Shown: piece after piece, positions 1 through 11,827 of the stretch | Layout of the letters: each line of letters starts with the position of its first letter | Numbering within the stretch: position 1 is the first letter of the stretch | NCBI GenBank assembly: GCA_044450765.1 | Contig: JBIOJK010000002.1 | Coordinates: 4,281-68,280, forward strand | Direction of reading: 5' to 3' | Source: Myxococcota bacterium | GTDB taxonomy: Bacteria > Myxococcota_A > UBA9160 > SZUA-336 | DNA length: 64,000 nucleotides | The notes under the pieces: generated by a model | Databases searched by the model: none | The model's input: the letters and a program-made list of their open reading frames with translations, nothing else | What the model was told of the DNA's origin: nothing | Made by a program: the position numbers and the translations under genes

Positions 1-789
1 GTGAAGCGGGTTCGCTTCGACGCGGCAGCCCGCGCAACCAGCGGCCCGGTCGAGACGGTTCTTCCGGGTCTCCCGACCGGCGGGAATCACTGGACCAAGA
101 CGATCCGGCTCGGGCCGGACGGCTGGATGTATCTGTCGATGGGCTCGACCTGCAACGTCTGTCTCGAGACCGAGCCCCGCCGCGCGACGCTGGCGCGCTT
201 CAAGCTCGACGGCTCGGGCTACGAGACCGTCGCGACGGGCCTGCGCAACTCGGTCGGCTTCGACTGGCGGCCCGCGGACGGCGCGCTCTACGCCACCGAC
301 AACGGGCGCGACCTGCTCGGCGACGACATCCCGCCTTGCGAGCTGAACAAGATCGAGCCCGGCAAGTTCTACGGCTGGCCTTTCCTGTACGGGATGAACC
401 AGCTCGATCCGGACTTCGGCTCTCAGATCGGCGACAAGCTCGCGAGCGCCGTCCCGCCGGCGCACGCCTTCGGAGCGCACGTCGCGCCGCTTGGGATGCG
501 CTTCTACCGGGGGGACAAGTTCCCGGCGCGCTACCGCGGTCAGGCCTTCGTGGCCGAGCACGGGTCGTGGAACCGCACCGCGAAGAGCGGCTACAAGGTG
601 GTGCTGCTCGAGTGGGGCGCGGACGGCGCGATCTCGGAGTCCGACTTCCTCACCGGCTTCGAAGTCGACGAGGGCGTGATCGGGCGGCCGGTCGACGTGC
701 TCGACGGACCAGACGGCGCGCTCTACGTGTCGGACGACTTCGCAGGCGCCGTGTATCGCGTGACCTATGGCGGAGGGGCCGGCCGCTGA
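1..789 (+). CDS. PQQ-dependent sugar (aldose/sorbosone) dehydrogenase family protein, C-terminal part; 5' end lies outside the window
   Basis: ORF open from base 1 to TGA at 787-789. Beta-propeller GSDH-like motifs present (GPDGWMYLSMGS, ATDNGRD, GKFYGWPFLYG, ALYVSDD). Confidence 0.7.
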   Translation: MKRVRFDAAARATSGPVETVLPGLPTGGNHWTKTIRLGPDGWMYLSMGSTCNVCLETEPRRATLARFKLDGSGYETVATGLRNSVGFDWRPADGALYATDNGRDLLGDDIPPCELNKIEPGKFYGWPFLYGMNQLDPDFGSQIGDKLASAVPPAHAFGAHVAPLGMRFYRGDKFPARYRGQAFVAEHGSWNRTAKSGYKVVLLEWGADGAISESDFLTGFEVDEGVIGRPVDVLDGPDGALYVSDDFAGAVYRVTYGGGAGR

Positions 790-833
790 CGGACTGAATC
801 TAAATCGCGACTCGTCTCGCAGTTTCTAGTGAG

Positions 834-1493
834 ATGCTCAACAAGACGACGACGAGCCTATTGTGTGCCGCGGTGCTCCTGGGCAGCCCCATGGCAAGTC
901 ATGCGTTCGGGATCTCCGACCGGACGGGCGACTTTCTCAGCAGCTTCAGCGGCAGTCACGGCAGTGGCGACCTCGATGTGACGACCGCAACGGTGATCTA
1001 CGACTCCGCCACCGATCTGTTCAGCCTGAGCGCCACGATGAATGGCACGGTCGGCTCGACCGCGTCGGGGCTGTACGTCTGGGGCGTGAACCGCGGCGCG
1101 GGGGTGTCCAACTTCGAGCCCGAGGGGATCGACGGGGTGCGCTTCGACCTGGTCGTGATCCTGAGCCCGAGTGGCACGGGCCAGGTCTTGGGCGTGGGGA
1201 ACCTCCCGCTCGGCTCGGTGACGGTCTCGGGGGACACGATCACCGCCGTGGTGAGCGGCTCGCTCCTGCCGTCCACCGGCTTCGCCAAGCTCGACTACAC
1301 CTGGAACTTGTGGCCGCTCGACAGCTCGATTTCCGGGTTTGCCGCGATTTCGGACTTCGCGCCGGACAACGCGAACTTCACGACCACTCCCGGGACGGTG
1401 GTCCCGGAGCCCGCGGCTTCCGCCCTGATCCTCTCGGCGTTGAGTTTCGCGGCTTGGGCCACGCGGCGCCGGACGATTCGCCCTTCCCCGTAA
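834..1493 (+). CDS. PEP-CTERM sorting-domain secreted protein
   Basis: N-terminal signal peptide (LLCAAVLLGSPMASHA). C-terminal VPEP motif, a hydrophobic helix, then RRR, which is the PEP-CTERM signature. Confidence 0.8.
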   Translation: MLNKTTTSLLCAAVLLGSPMASHAFGISDRTGDFLSSFSGSHGSGDLDVTTATVIYDSATDLFSLSATMNGTVGSTASGLYVWGVNRGAGVSNFEPEGIDGVRFDLVVILSPSGTGQVLGVGNLPLGSVTVSGDTITAVVSGSLLPSTGFAKLDYTWNLWPLDSSISGFAAISDFAPDNANFTTTPGTVVPEPAASALILSALSFAAWATRRRTIRPSP

Positions 1494-1543
1494 GTCGGCG
1501 TCGGCACGCTACGAGGTCCCGATTCCCGGTAGAATCGGCGGCC

Positions 1544-3121
1544 ATGACGAGCATCGACCCGGCGGCGGCGGAGCGACTGCGCGCAAGTGGAATGTCGATC
1601 GCGCTGCACGCGCGCCAGGCGCCCGAGCGACTCGCGATCCTGTCGCCCTCGGGGAACTTGACTTACGCGGAGCTGAACGCGGGCGCAAATCGGCTGGCGC
1701 GCGCGCTGCGGGCGCGCGGCCTGCAGCGCGGTGACTCGGTCGCGCTCTTCTGCTCGAACCGGCCCGAGTTCGCGATCGCGTACGCGGCGGTGCTGCGCAG
1801 CGGGCTGCGACTCACTCCGCTGAACTGGCATCTGCAGACCGACGAGGCGATCTACGTGCTCGAGAACTGCGAGGCGCGCGCCTTTCTCGCCGACGCGCGC
1901 TTCGCGGGAGTCGCGGCCGAGGCGGCCGCCGCTTGTCCGAAGGCGTCGGTGCGGCTCGCGATCGGTCGCGCGATCCCCGGTTTCGAGCCGTTCGAGGCGG
2001 CGCTCTCGGGTGAGTCCGCCGAGGATCTCGCCGATCCGGTGCTCGGCGGGTCGATGCTCTACACCTCGGGCACGACGGGGCGCCCGAAGGGGGTACACCG
2101 AAAGGAGACGCCCGCGCCGACCGGCGTGGCGCGACTCACGGCGCAGGCCTGCGCGTATCGGCCCGAGACCGACCGCTCGCTCTGCACCGGGCCGCTGTAT
2201 CACGCCGCTCCGCTCGCGTTCAATCTCGCGGGCCCGCTGGCCGCCGGGCTCGGCGTCGTGCTGATGGAGAAGTTCGACGCCGAGGACACGCTGCGCGCGA
2301 TCGAGCGCTCGCGCGCGACTCACACGCACATGGTCGCGACCATGTTCCACCGGCTGCTCGCGCTCCCGGACGACGTGAAGGCGAAGTACGACATCTCGTC
2401 GCTGCGCGTGATTCTGCACGGCGCCGCGCCGACGCCGCCGCACGTCAAGAAGGCGATGATGGACTGGCTCGGTCCGATCCTGCACGAGTACTACGCGGCG
2501 ACCGAGGGCGGCGGCACGTTCATCTTCGCCGACGAGTGGCTGCGCAAGCCGGGCAGCGTGGGCAAGCCTGCGGACTCGGGCACGCTCGAGATTCGCGACG
2601 ACGCGGGCGCGCCAGTCACGGCCGGCTCCGTCGGCACGGTCTGGTTCCACGCGCCGGCGCGCGGCCGCTTCGAGTACTGGAAGGACGCGGCGAAGACTTC
2701 GTCCTCGTACGACGGCGACTGGTTCACGATGCGCGACATGGGCTACCAGGACGAGGACGGGTACGTCTTTCTCACCGGGCGCACCGCGGAGCTGATCATC
2801 TCCGGCGGCGTGAACATCTACCCGGCGGAGATCGACGCGGTGCTGCTGATGCACCCCGCGGTGCAGGACGCCGCCGCGATCGGCGTGCCCAACGAGGAGT
2901 TCGGCGAAGAGGTGAAGGCGGTGGTCCAGCTCGCCGACGGCTTCGCTCCGAGCGAGTCACTCGCCCGCGAGCTGCTCGATCACTGCCGCGCGCGCCTCGC
3001 GCATTTCAAGTGCCCGCGCACGGTCGACTTCGACGCGGCTCTGCCGCGCAGCGACGCGGGCAAGGTGCAGCGCCGCGCGATCCGCGACCGCTATTGGCAA
3101 GCGCTCGGCCGACAGATCTGA
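1544..3121 (+). CDS. Acyl-CoA synthetase / AMP-dependent ligase (FadD-like)
   Basis: AMP-binding motif MLYTSGTTGRPKGV, GYQDEDGYVFLTGR, and C-terminal K of the ANL family. ATG at 1544 chosen because the longer ORF from 863 overlaps the PEP-CTERM gene. Confidence 0.9.
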   Translation: MTSIDPAAAERLRASGMSIALHARQAPERLAILSPSGNLTYAELNAGANRLARALRARGLQRGDSVALFCSNRPEFAIAYAAVLRSGLRLTPLNWHLQTDEAIYVLENCEARAFLADARFAGVAAEAAAACPKASVRLAIGRAIPGFEPFEAALSGESAEDLADPVLGGSMLYTSGTTGRPKGVHRKETPAPTGVARLTAQACAYRPETDRSLCTGPLYHAAPLAFNLAGPLAAGLGVVLMEKFDAEDTLRAIERSRATHTHMVATMFHRLLALPDDVKAKYDISSLRVILHGAAPTPPHVKKAMMDWLGPILHEYYAATEGGGTFIFADEWLRKPGSVGKPADSGTLEIRDDAGAPVTAGSVGTVWFHAPARGRFEYWKDAAKTSSSYDGDWFTMRDMGYQDEDGYVFLTGRTAELIISGGVNIYPAEIDAVLLMHPAVQDAAAIGVPNEEFGEEVKAVVQLADGFAPSESLARELLDHCRARLAHFKCPRTVDFDAALPRSDAGKVQRRAIRDRYWQALGRQI

Positions 3122-3128
3122 GACAGCG

Positions 3129-4451
3129 ATGAAGTGGATCGCGAGTCTGTTGCTGGCGATCGCCGCCGCCGCGGGAAGCGCGCGCGCCGCGACTCCGCTG
3201 CCCGAGAAGTGGACCGTCGTGCAGTGCGGGTCGGTGCTCGTCGTTCCCGGCCAGCCGCCGCGCGGCGAGACGACGCTCGTCGTTCACGACGGCGCGATCG
3301 CCGAGGTTCTGAACGGCATCGTCGCGCCGGAGCAAGTCATGGCGGGCAAGACCGGCGCCGTCGAAGTCGTCGACTTGCGCGACAAGTTCGTGCTCCCCGG
3401 TCTGGTCGACCTGCACGTGCACATCACCTCCGAGTACACGGCGGACGTGCGGCTGCGGCGAGTCACCGAGGACGAAGCCGACGTCGCCCTGCGCGGCGCG
3501 ATGTACGCGAAGCGCACGCTCGAGGCCGGCTTCACCACCGTGCGCGATCTGGGCGGCAGCTCGGCGGTGTTCGCGCTGCGCGACGCGATCGCGAATGGAA
3601 TGGTGCCGGGGCCGCGCATGTTCGTCGCGGGGAATCCACTCACGATCACCGGTGGACACGGCGACCGCACCAGTGGCTACCGCGAGGATCTGTTCGACGT
3701 GCCCGGGCCCTATCAGGGAGTCGCCGACGGCCCTTACGCCGCGCGCGCAGCCGTGCGCGCGCAGGTGAAGCTCGGCGCGGACTGGATCAAGGTCATGGCG
3801 ACGGGCGGCGTGCTCGACGTCGTCGCGTCGGGAACCGGCCAGCAGTTCAAGGACGACGAGTTGGTCGAGATCGTGAGCACCGCGCACATGCTGGGCCGCA
3901 AGGTCGCCGCTCACGCGCACGGCGCGAACGGAGTGAACGCTGCGCTGCGCGCCGGGGTCGACACGATCGAGCACGGCACCTTCCTCGACGCGGAGTCGCT
4001 CGAGCTGTTCAAGAAGACCGGCGCCTGGTACGTGCCGACGATCATCGCGGGAAAGACGGTCGAGGAGCGCTCGAAGGTGCCGGGCTTCTTTCCGCCGGCG
4101 ATCGCCGAGAAGGCTCGCCTGGTCGGCCCGAAGATCCAGGACGCCCTACGCCGCGCGCTGGCGGGCGGGGTGAAGATCGGCTTCGGCACCGACGCCGGCG
4201 TGTATCCGCACGGCGAGAACGCGCGCGAGTTCCAGTACATGGTCGAGGCGGGAATGACTCCCGCCGCCGCGATCGAAGCCGCCACCAGCAGCGCCGCGGC
4301 CGTGCTCGGCATCGAGAACGAGATCGGCTCACTCGAAGTCGGCAAGCGCGCGGACCTCGTCGCCACCAGGCGCAACCCGCTCGTCGACGTGATGGAGCTG
4401 CAGCGCATCGTCTTCGTCATGCGCGGTGGCAGCATCGTCCGGCGCGAGTGA
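3129..4451 (+). CDS. Secreted metal-dependent amidohydrolase family protein
   Basis: Signal peptide. HVH metal motif ([12 protein letters not shown]), AHAHG, and the FGTDAGV Asp typical of the amidohydrolase superfamily. Confidence 0.8.
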   Translation: MKWIASLLLAIAAAAGSARAATPLPEKWTVVQCGSVLVVPGQPPRGETTLVVHDGAIAEVLNGIVAPEQVMAGKTGAVEVVDLRDKFVLPGLVDLHVHITSEYTADVRLRRVTEDEADVALRGAMYAKRTLEAGFTTVRDLGGSSAVFALRDAIANGMVPGPRMFVAGNPLTITGGHGDRTSGYREDLFDVPGPYQGVADGPYAARAAVRAQVKLGADWIKVMATGGVLDVVASGTGQQFKDDELVEIVSTAHMLGRKVAAHAHGANGVNAALRAGVDTIEHGTFLDAESLELFKKTGAWYVPTIIAGKTVEERSKVPGFFPPAIAEKARLVGPKIQDALRRALAGGVKIGFGTDAGVYPHGENAREFQYMVEAGMTPAAAIEAATSSAAAVLGIENEIGSLEVGKRADLVATRRNPLVDVMELQRIVFVMRGGSIVRRE

Positions 4452-4461
4452 GGAGCCCGCC

Positions 4462-5085
4462 GTGATCGTCGCGTGTCTCGACCTCGAGGGCGTGCTCGTG
4501 CCCGAGATCTGGATCAGCGTGGCCGAGCGCACCGGAATCGCCGAGCTGCGCCGCACCACGCGCGACGAGCCCGACTACGACGCGCTGATGCGCGGGCGAC
4601 TCGCGATCCTCGACCGCCACAAGCTCGGAATTCGCGAGATCCAAGCGGCGATCGCCACGCTCGACCCGCTGCCGGGCGCGCTCGAGTTCGTCGCATGGCT
4701 GCGCGAGCGCTTCCAGCTGCTGATTCTCTCCGACACGTTCTATCCGTTCGCGCGCCCGCTGATGGCGAAGCTCGGGCACCCGACTCTGTTCGCGCACGAC
4801 CTCGAGATCGAGGCGTCGGGTCGGATCGCGAGCTACCGGCTGCGCCTTCCGGACCAGAAGCGCGCGTCCGTCGAGCGACTCCACGACCTGCGCTTCCGCG
4901 TGATCGCCGCGGGCGACAGCTACAACGACACGGCGATGTTGCTCGCGGCGGATGCGGGCGTCCTGTTTCGTCCGCCGCCGAACGTGGTCGCGGAGTTTCC
5001 GCAGTTTCCCGTCGCGCGCGAGTACGCGGAGCTGGAGCGCGAGTTCGAGAGAGCCGCGGCTCGAATTGCGAGCGCGAAGAGCTAG
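4462..5085 (+). CDS. thrH: Phosphoserine phosphatase / homoserine phosphotransferase ThrH (HAD family)
   Basis: Near full-length similarity, as I recall it, to Pseudomonas ThrH ([37 protein letters not shown]). GTG 4462 preferred; ATG 4426 is the alternative. Confidence 0.85.
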   Translation: MIVACLDLEGVLVPEIWISVAERTGIAELRRTTRDEPDYDALMRGRLAILDRHKLGIREIQAAIATLDPLPGALEFVAWLRERFQLLILSDTFYPFARPLMAKLGHPTLFAHDLEIEASGRIASYRLRLPDQKRASVERLHDLRFRVIAAGDSYNDTAMLLAADAGVLFRPPPNVVAEFPQFPVAREYAELEREFERAAARIASAKS

Positions 5086-5119
5086 CCCCTATACTGCGCC
5101 GCGCCGAGGAGGACCCCCG

Positions 5120-6367
5120 ATGGCCGATGCCGCGCTCGTGCGCATGCCCGGCGCACTGATCAGCAAGCGCGCCGACCGCACGCTGCTCGTGCCCGACAAT
5201 CCGACGATCGCCTACGTCGAGGGCGACGGAACGGGGCGAGACATCTGGAAGGCTTCCGTGCGCGTCTTCGACGCCGCGGTCGCGAAGGCGTACAAGGGCA
5301 AGCGCAAGATCGCCTGGTACGAGGTGCTCGCCGGCGAGAAGGCCTTCGAGCGCACGAAGAACTGGCTGCCCGACGAGACGGTCGCGAAGTTCCGCGAGTG
5401 TCTGGTCGGCATCAAGGGCCCGCTGACGACGCCGATCGGCGGCGGCATCCGCAGCTTGAACGTCGCCCTGCGCCAGATGCTCGACCTGTACGTGTGTCTC
5501 CGGCCGGTGCGCTGGTACGAGGGTGTGCCGAGCCCCGTGAAGCACCCCGAGCTCGTCGACATGGTGATCTTCCGCGAGAACACCGAGGACATCTACGCGG
5601 GCGTCGAGTGGCCCGCCGAGTCACCCGAGGCCAAGAAGCTGATCGCGTTCCTCCAAAAGGAAATGGGGGTCACGAAGATCCGTTTCCCCGCGACCAGCGG
5701 GATCGGGATCAAGCCCATTTCGCGCGAAGGCACCGAGCGACTCATGCGCGCCGCGCTCGACTTCGCAATCGAGCACCAGCGCAAGTCACTCACGATCGTG
5801 CACAAGGGGAACATCATGAAGTTCACCGAGGGCGCGTTCCGTGACTGGGGCTACGAGCTCGTCAAGAAGGAATACGCGGGCCGCGCGATCGGCTGGGACG
5901 ACTGCGGCGGCAAGCCGCCCAAGGGCCAGCTGCTCGTCAAGGACTCGATCGCCGACATCACCCTGCAGCAGGTGCTGACTCGGCCCGAGGACTTCGACGT
6001 GATCGCGACCATGAACCTGAACGGCGACTATCTGTCGGACGCGCTCGCCGCGCAGGTGGGCGGCATCGGCATCGCGCCCGGAGCGAACATCAACTATCTG
6101 ACGGGCCACGGCATCTTCGAGGCCACGCACGGCACCGCGCCGAAGTACGCGGACCAGGACAAGGTCAACCCGAGCTCCGTGATCCTCTCCGGCGTCATGA
6201 TGCTCGACCATCTGGGCTGGGGCGAAGCGGCCCGGCGGATCGACCGCGGCATCTCGCGCTCGATCGCGCAGAAGCGAGTGACTTACGACTTCCACCGGCT
6301 GATGGACGGCGCGACTCTGCTCAAGTGCTCGGAGTTCGGCGACGCCATCATCCAGAACATGGAGTGA
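5120..6367 (+). CDS. icd: NADP-dependent isocitrate dehydrogenase (homodimeric type)
   Basis: 415 aa. Typical Icd motifs present ([33 protein letters not shown]). Confidence 0.95.
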   Translation: MADAALVRMPGALISKRADRTLLVPDNPTIAYVEGDGTGRDIWKASVRVFDAAVAKAYKGKRKIAWYEVLAGEKAFERTKNWLPDETVAKFRECLVGIKGPLTTPIGGGIRSLNVALRQMLDLYVCLRPVRWYEGVPSPVKHPELVDMVIFRENTEDIYAGVEWPAESPEAKKLIAFLQKEMGVTKIRFPATSGIGIKPISREGTERLMRAALDFAIEHQRKSLTIVHKGNIMKFTEGAFRDWGYELVKKEYAGRAIGWDDCGGKPPKGQLLVKDSIADITLQQVLTRPEDFDVIATMNLNGDYLSDALAAQVGGIGIAPGANINYLTGHGIFEATHGTAPKYADQDKVNPSSVILSGVMMLDHLGWGEAARRIDRGISRSIAQKRVTYDFHRLMDGATLLKCSEFGDAIIQNME

Positions 6368-6371
6368 TTCC

Positions 6372-7301
6372 GTGAAGCGACCCAAGATCTCGCTGATCGG
6401 CGCCGGCCAGATCGGCGGCGTGCAGGCGCAGCTGATCGCGCAGCGCAAGATTGCCGACGTCGTGCTCTTCGACGTCGTCGAGGGCATCCCGCAGGGCAAG
6501 GCGCTCGACATCTGCCACGCGCTCTCGGGCTGGGGCAGCGACGTCAAGGTCACCGGCACCAACGACTACAAGGACACCGCGGGCTCGGACCTGTACATCG
6601 TGACCGCCGGCGTGCCGCGGAAGCCCGGCATGAGTCGCGACGACTTGCTCAGCGTGAACCTCGGCATCATCAAGAGCGTCGCCGCGGGCATCAAGCAGCA
6701 CTCGCCACAGGCGATCGTGATCGTCGTCTCGAACCCGCTCGACGTGATGGTGCTGGCGATGAAGCAGCTCACGGGCTTTCCGAAGGAGCGCGTCTTCGGC
6801 CAGGCCGGCGTGCTCGACTCCTCTCGCTTCCGGTTCTTCGTCGCCGACGCTCTCGGCGTCTCGGTGCGCGACGTACACGCCGTGGTGTTGGGCGGTCACG
6901 GCGACACCATGGTGCCGCTGCCGCGCTTCTGCAGCGTCGGCGGCGTGCCGCTGCGCAAGCTGATGGACGACGCGACCATCGCGAAGATCTCGAAGCGCAC
7001 GCAGGACGCGGGCGGCGAGGTCGTCGCGCTGTTGAAGACGGGCTCGGCGTTCGTCTCGCCGGCGGAGGCGTCGGTCGAGATGGCCGAGGCCGTGCTCTTC
7101 GACCAGAAGCGCGTGCTGCCCTGCGCCGCCTATCTCGACGGCGAGTACGGTCACAAGGGGATCTACGTCGGCGTGCCCGTGGTGATCGGCTCGCGCGGCG
7201 CGGAGCGCGTGCTCGAGCTCGAGCTCGACCGCGACGAGAAGGCGCTGCTGGACAAGAGCGTCGAGGCCGTGAAGTCACTCGTCGCCGCGGCGAAGCTCTG
7301 A
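6372..7301 (+). CDS. mdh: Malate dehydrogenase (LDH-like type)
   Basis: GAGQIGG Rossmann motif, [23 protein letters not shown] start. Confidence 0.95.
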   Translation: MKRPKISLIGAGQIGGVQAQLIAQRKIADVVLFDVVEGIPQGKALDICHALSGWGSDVKVTGTNDYKDTAGSDLYIVTAGVPRKPGMSRDDLLSVNLGIIKSVAAGIKQHSPQAIVIVVSNPLDVMVLAMKQLTGFPKERVFGQAGVLDSSRFRFFVADALGVSVRDVHAVVLGGHGDTMVPLPRFCSVGGVPLRKLMDDATIAKISKRTQDAGGEVVALLKTGSAFVSPAEASVEMAEAVLFDQKRVLPCAAYLDGEYGHKGIYVGVPVVIGSRGAERVLELELDRDEKALLDKSVEAVKSLVAAAKL

Positions 7302-7311
7302 GCCGGCCGCG

Positions 7312-8469
7312 ATGAACGTTCACGAATATCAGGCGAAGTCACTGCTGCGCGAGTACGGGATCGAGGTCCCGCCGGGCCGCCTGGTCACCACGCCGGCCGA
7401 GGCCGAGCAGGCGGCGCGCGACATCGGCGGCACCGTCGTGGTGAAGGCGCAGGTGCACGCCGGCGGCCGCGGCAAGGCCGGCGGGATCAAGGTCGTGAAG
7501 ACCCCCGAGCAGGCGCGCCAGACCGCGGAAGAGATGATCGGTATGCGCCTGGTCACGAAGCAGACCGGCGCCGAGGGCAAGCTGGTGCGCCGCCTGTACG
7601 TCGAGGCGGGCTCGAAGATCGACCGCGAGCTGTATCTCGCGTTGCTCGTCGACCGCGCGACGCAGAAGGTCGCGATCCTCGGCTCGACCGCGGGGGGCAT
7701 GGACATCGAAGAGGTCGCGCACTCGACGCCCGAGAAGATCCTCACCGTGCAGGTCGATCCGCTGGTCGGCGTGTGCGACTTCCAGGTGCGCGAGCTCGGG
7801 CTGGCTCTCGGGCTCAAGGGCAAGCTGTGCGAGTCCTTCGTCGACCTGGTGCGCAACCTGTTCCGCCTGTTCGTCGAGAAGGACGTCTCGCTCGCCGAGG
7901 TGAACCCGCTCGTGATCTCCGGTGACTCGGCGATTCCACTCGACTGCAAGCTGAATTTCGACGCCAGCGCCCTCTATCGACACAAAGATGTGTTGGCGCT
8001 GCGCGACCCCGACGAAGAGGACCCGCGCGAGGCCGAGGCCGCGAAGTACGACCTGAACTGGGTCTCGCTCGACGGCAACATCGGCTGTCTCGTGAACGGC
8101 GCCGGGCTCGCGATGGCGACGATGGACATCATCCAGTACGCCGGCGGCAAGCCCGCGAACTTCCTCGACCTCGGCGGCGGCGCGGACGCCGAGCGCGTCG
8201 CGCACGCGTTCCGGCTGATCCTCGCGGACAAGAACGTGAAGGGGATCTTCGTGAACATCTTCGGCGGCATCGTGCTCTGCGACCGCGTCGCCGAGGGCAT
8301 CATCGCGGCGGCCAAGGCGGTGGGCGTGAAGGTTCCGCTGGTCGTGCGGCTCGACGGCACGAACGCCGCGAAGGGACGCGAGATGCTGGCGAGCTCGGCG
8401 CTCGGCATCACCCCGGCGGACGGCATGAAGGACGGCGCCGAGAAGATCGTCCGGGCGGTGAGCGCATGA
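7312..8469 (+). CDS. sucC: Succinyl-CoA synthetase beta subunit
   Basis: MNVHEYQAK start, ATP-grasp motifs, [14 protein letters not shown]. Confidence 0.97.
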   Translation: MNVHEYQAKSLLREYGIEVPPGRLVTTPAEAEQAARDIGGTVVVKAQVHAGGRGKAGGIKVVKTPEQARQTAEEMIGMRLVTKQTGAEGKLVRRLYVEAGSKIDRELYLALLVDRATQKVAILGSTAGGMDIEEVAHSTPEKILTVQVDPLVGVCDFQVRELGLALGLKGKLCESFVDLVRNLFRLFVEKDVSLAEVNPLVISGDSAIPLDCKLNFDASALYRHKDVLALRDPDEEDPREAEAAKYDLNWVSLDGNIGCLVNGAGLAMATMDIIQYAGGKPANFLDLGGGADAERVAHAFRLILADKNVKGIFVNIFGGIVLCDRVAEGIIAAAKAVGVKVPLVVRLDGTNAAKGREMLASSALGITPADGMKDGAEKIVRAVSA

Positions 8470-9344
8470 GCATCCTGGTCAGCCGGGACACGAAGGTGAT
8501 CGTCCAGGGCATGGGCAAGACGGGCCAGCTGCACGCGAACCTGTCGCTCGAGTTCGGGACCGAGGTCGTCGCCGGAGTCACTCCCGGCCGCGGCGGCACC
8601 GAGGCGTGCGGCCTGCCCGTCTTCGACACCGTGCGCCAAGCGGTGCGCGAGACCGGCGCCAACGCGTCGGTCGTGTTCGTGCCCGCGCCCGGCGCCGCCG
8701 ATGCGATCCTCGAAGCCGCCGACGCCGGCATCTCGCTCGTGTGCGCGATCACCGAGGGCATTCCGGTGCGCGACATGCTGCGCGTGCGCGCGGCGCTGCG
8801 CGGCTGGAGCGGGCGACTCATCGGGCCGAACTGCCCGGGCTTGCTCGACCCCGGCTTGAAGGTGCGCATCGGCATCGCGCCGTACTCGATCTTCAAGGCG
8901 GGCTCGGTCGGCGTCGTGTCTCGCTCCGGCACGCTCACCTACGAGGCCGTGCATCAGCTCACGCGGCTGGGCATCGGCCAGACCACCTGCGTCGGCATCG
9001 GCGGCGATCCGATCGCCGGCACCAACTTCGTCGACACGCTGCGGCTGTTCCAGGCGGACGAGGCCACGAAGGCGGTCGTGATGATCGGCGAGATCGGCGG
9101 CAGCGCCGAGGAAGAGGCAGCCGAGTTCGTCGGCGCCGAGATGACGAAGCCGGTGGTGGCGTTCATCGCCGGAGTCACCGCGCCGTCCGGCAAGCGCATG
9201 GGTCACGCGGGCGCGATCATCTCGGGCGGCAAGGGGACCGCCGAGGGCAAGCGCAAGGCGCTCGAGAAGGCCGGCATCCCCGTCGTGCCGTCGCCGGCGC
9301 TGATCGGCGAGACACTCGCGCAGGCCGCGCCAAACGCGCGCTGA
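8466..9344 (+). CDS. sucD: Succinyl-CoA synthetase alpha subunit
   Basis: 4-nt overlap with sucC. Motifs SRSGTLTYE and the phosphohistidine loop GHAGAI. Confidence 0.97.
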   Translation: MSILVSRDTKVIVQGMGKTGQLHANLSLEFGTEVVAGVTPGRGGTEACGLPVFDTVRQAVRETGANASVVFVPAPGAADAILEAADAGISLVCAITEGIPVRDMLRVRAALRGWSGRLIGPNCPGLLDPGLKVRIGIAPYSIFKAGSVGVVSRSGTLTYEAVHQLTRLGIGQTTCVGIGGDPIAGTNFVDTLRLFQADEATKAVVMIGEIGGSAEEEAAEFVGAEMTKPVVAFIAGVTAPSGKRMGHAGAIISGGKGTAEGKRKALEKAGIPVVPSPALIGETLAQAAPNAR

Positions 9345-10244
9345 ATGAGCCTGCTCGTCGTCGGCTCGGTCGCGCTCGACGACATCGAAGCGCCGGCCGG
9401 CAGCGCGAAATCGGTGCTCGGCGGCGCGGCGTCCTACTTCGGCGTCGCCGCGAGCTTCTTCACGCCGGTGCGCGTCGTGGCGGTGGTCGGCGACGACTTC
9501 CCGCAAGAGCACGTCGCATTCCTGGCCTCGCGCGGGCTCGACCTCGCCGGCCTGCAGCGCGTGCCCGGGCGCACGTTCCGCTGGGGCGGCCGCTACCGCG
9601 AGTCACTCAACGAGCGAGACACCCTGTTCACCGAGCTCGGCGTCTTCGAGCACTTCGAGCCGGTGATTCCGCTCGCGTACCGCGACTCGGAGTGGGTCTT
9701 CCTCGCGAACATTCAGCCGCGGCTGCAGCGCAGCGTGCTGGAGCAGACGCGCGCGCCGCGCTTCTCGGCGATGGACACGATGAACTTCTGGATCGCGGGC
9801 GCGCGCGCCGAGCTCGAGAAGACGCTGGCGCTGGTGAAGGGCCTGGTGATCAACGACGAGGAAGCGCGCCAGCTGACGGGCGAAGCGAACCTGGTGCGCG
9901 CGGCGGACGCGATCCGCGCGCTCGGCCCGCGCGTCGTGATCGTGAAGCGCGGCGAGCACGGCGCGCTGCTCTTCGACGACAGCGGCGTCTTCGCCGCCCC
10001 GGCGTTCCCGCTGCGCGAGGTGCGCGATCCCACCGGCGCCGGCGACACCTTCGCCGGCGGCCTGATGGGCGCGCTCGCGAGTGGGGGCGAGCTCGACGGC
10101 GACTCACTGCGCCGCGCGATGATCTACGGGTCCGTTCTCGCCTCGTTCTGCGTCGAGCGCTTCAGCCTCGATCGCCTGCGCGAGCTGACCCGCGCGGAGA
10201 TCGACGCCCGCTTCGGGGAATTCCGCCGCCTCACGCGCTTCTGA
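9345..10244 (+). CDS. PfkB/ribokinase-family carbohydrate kinase
   Basis: PfkB signature DPTGAGDTFAGG near the C-terminus. Starts immediately after the sucD stop. Confidence 0.8.
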   Translation: MSLLVVGSVALDDIEAPAGSAKSVLGGAASYFGVAASFFTPVRVVAVVGDDFPQEHVAFLASRGLDLAGLQRVPGRTFRWGGRYRESLNERDTLFTELGVFEHFEPVIPLAYRDSEWVFLANIQPRLQRSVLEQTRAPRFSAMDTMNFWIAGARAELEKTLALVKGLVINDEEARQLTGEANLVRAADAIRALGPRVVIVKRGEHGALLFDDSGVFAAPAFPLREVRDPTGAGDTFAGGLMGALASGGELDGDSLRRAMIYGSVLASFCVERFSLDRLRELTRAEIDARFGEFRRLTRF

Positions 10245-10328
10245 GCGCGCAGCCGGACCCCACGAGGACGCGCATCTTCGTAGGCCAGATCCCTCAAGGA
10301 CGGCGGTTTTCGTCCCGATAGGCCCGGC

Positions 10329-11030
10329 ATGTTCGCGAAGTCCGAGGGCCCGACCGCGCTGCGCGCGGAGCTGGTGCGCGCGCTGTGTTTTTCCGAGGCC
10401 AAGATCGAGCAACCCGGCGGCGGCGACCCGGTCGAGTCAGTGGCCGCGCTGGCCGCGGTCTGGAACGGCCGCAAGGGGTACGTCGCGCTGCTCGTGCGCG
10501 ACGTCGCGGGGTCGCAGATCGATCGCTATGTCACCGAAAACGCAATCACGTCGCGAGAGGCGCTCTCGGTAGCGACGGAAGAGGCGATCGAATTCGCTGA
10601 GTCACTAGGCTTCGCGATGGACGCGCCCGCGTTCGCCGAGCTGGCCGAGGCGGAGCGCGAGTCGCGCATGCTCCGCTGGAACAAGCTGCGCAAGCTGCGG
10701 AAGCCGCCGGCGCCGCGAGTCACCGAGCCAGACAGCGGCGCGCTCGCCATCCCGGAGCCGCCGCCGGAGCCGCCGGCTGCGGCGATGCCGGCCGGGCTCG
10801 ACATCGACCTGGACGAGCTCTCGGTTCCCGCGCCCCCACCGATCCCCGAAATCGAAATGTCCGCCGCCGACGTCGTCGACGACGCGTCCACGGACCCCGA
10901 AGCCGACACGAGCCTGCTCCCGCAGGGCGGCGGGGGCAGCGCCGTGCTGGGCAAGATCTCGCTCGTGCGCCGCGGCGGAGCCGACGCGCGCAGGCTGGAA
11001 CAGATCGCCCGGCTGCTCGCATTCTTCTAG
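10329..11030 (+). CDS. Hypothetical protein with a Pro/acidic-rich linker
   Basis: High third-position GC. Folded-looking N-terminal domain of about 110 aa, a PxxP/acidic low-complexity middle, and a short conserved-looking C-terminus. No family recognised. Confidence 0.55.
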   Translation: MFAKSEGPTALRAELVRALCFSEAKIEQPGGGDPVESVAALAAVWNGRKGYVALLVRDVAGSQIDRYVTENAITSREALSVATEEAIEFAESLGFAMDAPAFAELAEAERESRMLRWNKLRKLRKPPAPRVTEPDSGALAIPEPPPEPPAAAMPAGLDIDLDELSVPAPPPIPEIEMSAADVVDDASTDPEADTSLLPQGGGGSAVLGKISLVRRGGADARRLEQIARLLAFF

Positions 11031-11047
11031 TCCTGGAGGAGACACTC

Positions 11048-11827
11048 ATGGTCAAGTCACACGCAGTCATCGCCGCGATCGGAGTGCTCGTCGCGCTCAG
11101 CGCCTGTGCGACGGTGACTGACAGGGAAATCTTGCTCGCGGACCAACACCGCGACCTCGCGTCGAACAAGCTGCAGCAGGGCGAGGCGGAGGGCGCGGTC
11201 GCGGAGTACCGGCGTGCGCTCGCGATCAATCCGCGCGACCCCGAGACTCACTTCGGGCTGGCCGAAGCGTACCGCCGCAAGGAGATGCTGTCCGACACGG
11301 AGCGCGAACTGAAGGAAGCGCTGCACCTCGACCCGAACCACCAGGAGGCGCGCCTCGCGCTCGGCGTCACCTACCTGCAGATGCAGCGCTGGACCGACGC
11401 GGCCGCCGAATTCCAGCGCCTGGCGGACGATCCGAGCTTCATCCGCCCGACGCGCGCTCTTGTAAACCTCGGCTGGGCTCACTACAAATCGGGCGATCTC
11501 GATCGAGCCGTCGCCGAGTTCGGGCGCGCGCTGAAGGCGGATGCCGCGAACTACACCGCGCATCTCGATCTGGGCATCGTGCTCTATGACAAGGGTCAGT
11601 TGGTCGAAGCGATCCAGCATTTCGAGGAGTGCGTGAACATCGTCTCGGAGCGACCGGCGCCGGTCTACGGGCCCGCGGAAGCGGAGGCGCGGTTCCGCGG
11701 GGCGCAGGCCTACGTTCGGTTGAATCAACGCGATCGCGCAGTGACTTCGCTGCGCGTCGCCGTGGAGCGCGGGGGCGCGAGCGAGTGGGCGCAGAAGTCC
11801 AGCGACTATCTGAAGGTGCTGCAGTAG
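11048..11827 (+). CDS. TPR-repeat lipoprotein (PilF/PilW-like)
   Basis: Lipobox VALSAC. Several TPR repeats. Followed by a RodZ-like HTH gene, as in the pilF-rodZ arrangement known from Pseudomonas. Confidence 0.75.
   Translation: MVKSHAVIAAIGVLVALSACATVTDREILLADQHRDLASNKLQQGEAEGAVAEYRRALAINPRDPETHFGLAEAYRRKEMLSDTERELKEALHLDPNHQEARLALGVTYLQMQRWTDAAAEFQRLADDPSFIRPTRALVNLGWAHYKSGDLDRAVAEFGRALKADAANYTAHLDLGIVLYDKGQLVEAIQHFEECVNIVSERPAPVYGPAEAEARFRGAQAYVRLNQRDRAVTSLRVAVERGGASEWAQKSSDYLKVLQ

Noticed and set aside
863-3121. A 752-aa ORF that would extend the acyl-CoA synthetase upstream.
   Set aside because: The upstream part overlaps the PEP-CTERM gene in another frame and has no ligase similarity. 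ATG 1544 gives a normal-length ANL enzyme.
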